The notes under the pieces are model-generated. The model was not told the DNA's origin, did not search any database, and saw nothing but the letters and a program-made list of their open reading frames with translations. Positions 57,601-64,000 of a stretch of 64,000 nucleotides of DNA are shown one piece after another; the stretch's first letter is position 1; each line of letters begins with the position of its first letter. Made by a program: the position numbers and the translations under genes. The stretch is from Klebsormidium nitens (Eukaryota > Plantae > Klebsormidiophyceae). The stretch covers positions 1 to 64,000 of the forward strand of contig DF236958.1 in the NCBI GenBank assembly GCA_000708835.1. Reading direction: 5' to 3'.

Positions 57601-60287
57601 AAGACTACTGGGGACGTTTGAATCCAATAGGGCCGCACAGGCTTACCTCCCGTTGTAGATGCCGGTTATACATGTTTGCTTCGCTCAGCTTCTGATTCAG
57701 GCTCTGGCGTACCTTCGTCAACTGCAAACACGCTGACAAGCGTCAGTCGAAGATTAAGCGGGTCTCGAGCCTTGGTGCCCTTTCTTTGCCCGTAAGCTGA
57801 GGCTTTCCGCTTCGTCGAAACCATTTCTCTGCGTGCAAAGCCAAAATAGGAATGGAGAGGGACGTCTCCCCACGAATGTACACAGAATAAACACTTGCTA
57901 CCAATCATCAACGCGAAAGTTCTCGACATGATCCCGTATGAAACCGTCCCTTCGTTTCTATGTGATTGTCCTCCAGATACAGGTCTTCTGCAGTCACAAA
58001 ACCTCTCTTAGATATTGGGGCTGTCAGACCCGATGCAACGACCGAAAGTTTCTACGCAGGAACGAACATCGGGTTTGCTAGATTGCGTCTCAGCTGTTGC
58101 GATTCAACTGACACAATCTCCGAGAGTACGAGTCCTCCCTCATTTCGAGCAACAACACGAAAGATAGGGGCCGTCGACCTGAAAAACAAAGACTCTTATG
58201 CTCAATTCAATACCATCTCAACATATAGAGGTTTTGTCATCTTACCTCGCTTCTGTCTACTTTTTCCAGATTCGTGCTCGAAACGCTCGCCCCCGACTCC
58301 CTCGACAACACCACATTCGGAGCCGGCCTCCTGCCCTCCTGCACGTGCGGGCGCCTGCCACCTGGCGGCGCCGTCGTGGTTCCACGTGGCAACTGTAGTG
58401 ACGAACGAGAAAGAAGGTTCAAGCTGCAAGCTTGGTTTGTCTCTGTCCCGACAGGTAACAGAGCTCTGGAGAAGGAGGACGAGGACTTACACCTGTTGCC
58501 GGAGGCACCCACCCCTGGCTATATGCTCAATAATTCTGCTGTATGATCAACGGTAATTGTAAAGTCCTAGGAGCCCAGAGTTCGATTTGAACGGTCGAAT
58601 AGCCCATGGTATCCAAGGCTCTGTCCGGAAGGGCAAAATGAAACTCGGGTCTTCTGCAAGCGCCAATTGTGACGAGTGGATACCTCGTTTGTTAACTTGC
58701 CAACTCGTTCAACGGAAGGTAAGTTGCTTATGCTTCGTTTAAAGGCTCAGACATGGAGTGGCTAATTTCGAGGCCAACTCTGATCTGCCCTTTTATTCTC
58801 GATCCCAAAACCTGCGTACACTTACTCCTCGTCCAGATCTTGAATACCATCGCCTTGGCTTTTACCGTCACCACAAGTGACTCAGTCGAAGCAGAAGAAC
58901 ACCGTCAGTGGACCTGCTGAAATCTGGGCGGCGGTAAGGCTCACCTTCTTCTCCTGCTGCGCATTTGCTTCCGCCTCCCTCTCTCCTGCCGGTCCCGCTG
59001 CCGCCGCCTCGAACGTCAGCCCATTTCCCGCAGAGTTCCGCTCTAGTTCCCCTACCGACATCCCCATTAGCTGTGCCATATTTTCCAGATCCTCCGCAGT
59101 GAGGGGCTCCGCTACCTGCGGCCCGGACCGTCTCGGCACCCCCCCACCAGGTTTGGGCGCCATTCGAAGGTCGGTTTCTCTCCGCTTGAAAGCCGCTTTG
59201 GGGCTGGACGTCGCTCCTTCATTTAGAGAGGACTTTGCCTGTGCACTAATTTGGGGTTGCAGAGGAGCCTCAGAGGAGACACCGTTGACTTCGAGAGCGG
59301 GCGATGGTCCCGCCGGTTGCGGGGTTCCGCTGTCCGACTCTGGGCTGATTGCGGTGGAACCCAAGTTCTGGCTATCTCCAGGGGTTTGAGCAGAGCTGGA
59401 ACTAGAAGGGGGGTTGCTCCCGGTGGTCCTCGTCAATTCAGGGGCTGCCGTGACCCCTTTCACCTTTCCGCTGCTTTGCCCCACATCTAGTTGATCCCCG
59501 ACCTCGCTTGCGACGCCTCCTCCGGAAGAGGAAGACAACTCGCCTAAGCTGCGGTCGATCAGCTGCCTCCAGAATTGGCTCTCGCTCATAACCTCCGTCA
59601 TGTTCTGCTCCGGTGGGGACACGGAGGCCTTGTCAGACTCTGACTTGGCTTCTTGCTGCCCTGATTGGGCTGGCTGATCCCCGCTGCCCAGGGCCCTGCT
59701 GCAAAACCCCCTCCGGCCAACTGCTTTTGAGGCTATGCTGCTACCGTTCAACCCAGGTCGTTGTGATTTTGCTGAACTTTCCGGAGTGGCAGTAACTACT
59801 GAGGAGTGATTTTGCAAACGGCGAAAGTGGTTTGATTGGATAGGCCTGGCACTGAGAGAGTGATGCAAGGATAGGTCAGCTATCGCGCCCCTTGGGGGCT
59901 CTGTTCGGCAGTGGACTGGGGAAGTGATGCAGTTAGTGCCTCGTACAGCTCTGCACAATGCAGTTATGAGTCAATAAGAGTACCTAGATCCGCGTCGTCC
60001 AGAGAGCCTGGTAAGATCAAAGGTTTACTTCATGGAGGCAAGTGACAAATTAGAGGTTAGTGCCACCATGAGACAGTAAGTATAGCATCACTGATGAAGA
60101 TTGCAAGCAATGCCAATCTAGGATTAAGAAGCATCAGCAAGAGGGATCAAATCAACCATGTTTTTGCAGTGCATTACTCTGGTAATTTACCCCATTGATT
60201 AAAAGAGCCACTGCTTTAGTTATGAACACTTATTAATGCATCAGTGGTTGTAGCTTCTCACATTGGCTTTGCTAGCAACGCCTCCAT
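54612..60287 (-). CDS. PTST1: PROTEIN TARGETING TO STARCH 1 ortholog (coiled coil + CBM48), 9 exons
   Basis: Spliced segments QKLSEANMYNRHLQRE, TLVEIAKEIAAGG...RKINGRYIQSHLASRLE, EVPVTWLGVAE, VKLMGSFDGWTRGQHLSPE...LQLRPGRYEVKFVVDGKWQL...GEGLSANNLLVVD*. The first micro-exon 60287-60262 is inferred from phase. Confidence 0.9.
56690..56775. repeat. AT-rich (TTATTG)n microsatellite in a PTST1 intron
   Basis: ttattgttattgttattgttaatgttattg. Confidence 0.7.
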
Positions 60288-61447
60288 GTCTCTGCCAGTC
60301 AATCCTGCATCCAAGCAGGCTCAAATCAGGGAGGCTTGCTTCTGGGTTGTGCACAAGGTTCTGGCATCTGACCACAATATTATGCCTGTGTCGTAGATGA
60401 CCAGCTGCAGGAGAAAGTGCATCTCTATGTCTACTACATTGCTTTAACCTTTTTGACTCCCCTCTTTGACTTCCGCTTACAGATATTGCTGATCAAGGTT
60501 TCTGCATGCATGCCTCACCTCAGACAGAATATGGAGCCGTATGCGGTCCTTTCTTTCTACTTGGCAATCTCAATGCGGAGCTGCAATCAATTTGTCAAGC
60601 GAACCCCAAACTTCCTTACCTCTGTTGCAAGGATATGCGCCGTTTGATCTGACGCAATGCAGTCAGTCAGCATCAGCCGTCTCCTTGGTCCTTTCCTTCG
60701 CTTGAGTGAGCAAGCTGCTAGATCCCAAAATGCGTGATGCGGGCTGCATTGGCTGCAGCTTGCAGGAAGATGCCTTCAAAATTCAACGTCATATGAATAC
60801 AGAGAGAAGTGATCTACTGCGTCTCCTTCGATCTAGTGCGTCTCCTTCGATGGAGTGTAGGCTGCATCCTCATCATCTAGTTGGGTGACGATACCATTAC
60901 CGAGATTAAGTCCATTATCGAATCATCTGACACCGTCCGATCATCTTGAGCAGATTTCAATCTCTTGAAGACGTCGATTCTGGATGTTGGCAACATTGGA
61001 CGGTCAAGTTTCTTCAAAATTAGTTTACAGGCCAACTTGAAGGATGGCGGGAAAATGCGGCTAGATAAATTGTTCACTGTTGACAGTCTTGATGGTTTCT
61101 TTGATGATCCATCTGGACCATCATGGCCCCTTCAAATGCTTCAAGTTGCCAACAAGCTACATACCACATTTAGCACATGTCGCCCCCCATTTAGCTTTGG
61201 TCCGTTTGCATCCTCTGCGCGTACGCAAAGGGGTGTCTTTTTCAGCTTGCAGCAAGGCATGGTAAACGACCGCCTGCGCCTATTAGCTCAGCTGTGGCAG
61301 GAATAAGCTGCAGAACCTCTGAGCTGACTTTTTGCAAGTTGAGCTCCTTGTACCACCACCCGGGTCCACCCCACGTCATTCTGTTGGCACTGAGACCCAA
61401 GTCAAGATTTCTCAGCTTGCTGATTCTAATTTGGTGCACTTCAGGGC

Positions 61448-64000
61448 ATGCACACGCTTCTGCTAACGTCCAACTGCACTGCCAGGTGCTTCAGAGGAGC
61501 GGCAGCTTCGATGGCGCAGAAGGGAATCACGTCGTTCTTCCAGGCCCCAAGCAAATCTTGCGCCGCAGGGATTGTCCGGACTGCTGCGCTCAGCTCTCCA
61601 GAAGCCAAGCTACTGGGGAGCACGACCCCTGAAGTGAGACTGCTGAAGAACTCTGCAGCTCTTAACGTGGCGAGCACAAACCCCCAGAATGTACTCACTG
61701 GAGGGGACGCACCAGCTGGAATCTCTTGTGGTGTTGAGAATCAGAGCACCACCTTTGTGAAGCACAGACTGCCAGCCTTGGACTTGGCTCCTTCGCTGGC
61801 AAAGCGTGCCAGGACTGATGCAAACCCCATCAGAGCTCAGACCTCAGCGGAGGGGCCTGCAAGCGGCGGGCAGCTGGAGAAGTGGGAGGAGATTAACGCA
61901 GAGGCGACGACGAGCGGGCGGCCGCCCCTCTCGCCAAAGTTCAAAAAGAAGGCTAGAGCTTTCGAAGGAACGCCAGCGATTCAGTCAGAGGAAGCGCAGG
62001 CTGAGGAGCAAATTGGCAAGGAGGGGCCCAGAGGGGATGCGCCTCTCTCAGAGGAGCAGAGACTGAGGATTGAGGTGAACAAGGCGTCTGCTTTAGCGAA
62101 GCTGGCGCAAAGGAAGGCGGAGGACGTTGTGGCTGCTGCACATGGTGAGGTCATCAAGTGGAATCAAAGGATCCTGGTGGAATGCATGCTACGTATAGTG
62201 GAGGCGTACTACGCAAACTCCATCCAGAGGTGATAAGTTGGTGCATATGACACAGGGCGATGGTGATGCTTGGTTGCAACTTTGTCAAATGTGCGCAAAT
62301 TGTGTAAAGTGAGATCTTTTGGATTGCAGAACAAAACCAGTGGCTTTGCCCCTACCGCAACCTGCTTGCCTCCATAAGCGAGCAGTTCTTTTCGAGCTTA
62401 GCTTCCTAGGGAAAGCAGATCTGGAAGTTCGTAAAGCTGAGCACCTTGTTGCTTTAAACCCTCTCACACAAAGCATCTCAGACATGTTTGATTGGGAAAG
62501 CCAAGTGTTCAAGCTTCGGCCTTTAGCAAGCTTTTTGTCTTATCTTTCTCAAGTACTCAAGCTTTGAACCGGTCGAGCGAATTGGATTGTGCAAAGCTAT
62601 ATGACCTCAAGTAGAGTCTGCTATCAACATTGGCAACCGGATGAGTAGGCTGCTTACTTTCCGTCTCTCTCTTGTTTGTGCAGCAAGGGGCGAAGCGCTC
62701 CCCCGACTCGCTGACCTATTCTTAGACTCATCCTGGTTGGCGGCCCTCCCTGGAGAATTAGAGAAGGCGTATTTTGCGAACTTGGAGAAGTTTGTGAGTC
62801 AAGAAGTTTCAGGGAAGGTGCCAGTGTTTCCCCCCCAAGCCAGCATCTTCCGGGCATTTAACACCTGTCCATTTGATAGGGTGAAGGTGGTGATTCTGGG
62901 ACAGGTAAGGATAGGCGATTGTACTTGCCTATGTTACGTTAGCCACCGTCATAAGCTGCCACTGTCTTCCCCTATGCGCCAGGAAAGTGTTCAACGGAAT
63001 GTGATGCAACGAGCGCAAAAAGCCATGACCTTTTTTCCATAGAAGGCTCCATTATTGTGTTCAAACAACTCAACAATCTTGGGGCAGCGCATTGGGCATG
63101 TCAAAGACTCGAAGAATGCAACCCTGCCGTTGCTATGCTCAGGTATGACGAAAGTCAGCTCCACGTTGACTACGTTGAAAGTCAGCTGCTGCTCCATGCG
63201 TATTCCAGTCGCAGGCGAGCTGACAAACAAAATTATGACGCTCGATTGTATCTCCCCTCTGAACAACATCTGTGGTTCTACCTTTTTTTCAGGACCCATA
63301 CCATGGCCCCGGCCAAGCAATGGGCCTCTCGTTCTCGGTCCCAGCGGGGGTCCGCATCCCGTCCAGCCTGCAGAACATCTTCAAGGAGCTGCAGGACGAT
63401 CTTGGGTGTACGATACCGCAGAGCGGCGATCTCCAAAAGTGGGCGTCACAGGTACGAGCCGGATGTTCGTAAAATGTACTAGCATTGCAAAAGGTCCTGT
63501 CATGGTGCACCGTCGAGCAAGCTTCGATACGGGGTTAAGTGCTCCATTTCGAGACGAGTTGGCGTTGTCTCACGAAATCAAGGAAACTCTGCACTTGAAC
63601 AACGTCCAATCTACAGAACGACCTTGATGTACTGCGGATTCTCGCTATCCTCCCGTCCAGAAATTTGAGAAGCTCAGGTCCAAGTTGGTTCCTTCCCAAA
63701 AAGGGCAAGTTGGTTTTCTTGTGATCTTGCATTCATACTTGATTACATCATGTTTCCTTCTTGTCGAATGGCTTTTGCGAAGCCCGCTTTCTTGTCTTCT
63801 ATGAGCAGACTCGATAGCAAGACTTTCTCGCTCCTGTTAAAAAATGACAAGCGGATGGCGTTTCCGAAACTGGTCGAAGTCGACGACTCACGGCCTGCAT
63901 TCCTCTTTTGCAAACACCAGGGCAGTTTTCTGCCAAAAAAGAATCACGATTTGAAGACACGCATCACCTCGGATGATCCCGGGACAATCCATCATGCAGA
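61448..64000 (+). CDS. UNG: Uracil-DNA glycosylase family 1 (partial; 3' end beyond the window)
   Basis: [14 protein letters not shown]; [15 protein letters not shown]...[41 protein letters not shown]...[12 protein letters not shown]...[10 protein letters not shown]. Confidence 0.93.

Overview
Eukaryotic, intron-rich scaffold with two N gaps. Gene content (PTST1, plastid-targeted SepF, ciliary ARL6 and FAP182, CRN-like kinase) suggests a flagellate-stage streptophyte alga such as Klebsormidium; this is inference. Positions 1 to ~11.7 kb hold a decaying virus-like insertion: a tyrosine-recombinase-like N-terminus running off the left edge, a stand-alone HIRAN gene, a ~1,100-aa AEP primase fused to a UL9/origin-binding-type SF2 helicase (one spliceosomal intron, one premature stop, at least one frameshift) and a phage-type conserved hypothetical pseudogene. 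This block carries a family of ~72-bp imperfect palindromes (GGACCACACCTTGY-N43-46-RCAAGGTGTGGTCC) in tandem arrays, two of them oppositely oriented around a 1.3-kb segment, plus a second palindrome family. The rest is host genes whose exons I reconstructed by eye from splice signals: CRN-like REase-kinase, membrane-anchored intradiol dioxygenase, Trp/Tyr permease with large insertions, SepF, FAP182/PIERCE-like, GINS PSF3, ARL6/BBS3, PTST1 and a partial UNG. All homology calls are from motif recognition; no searches were run.
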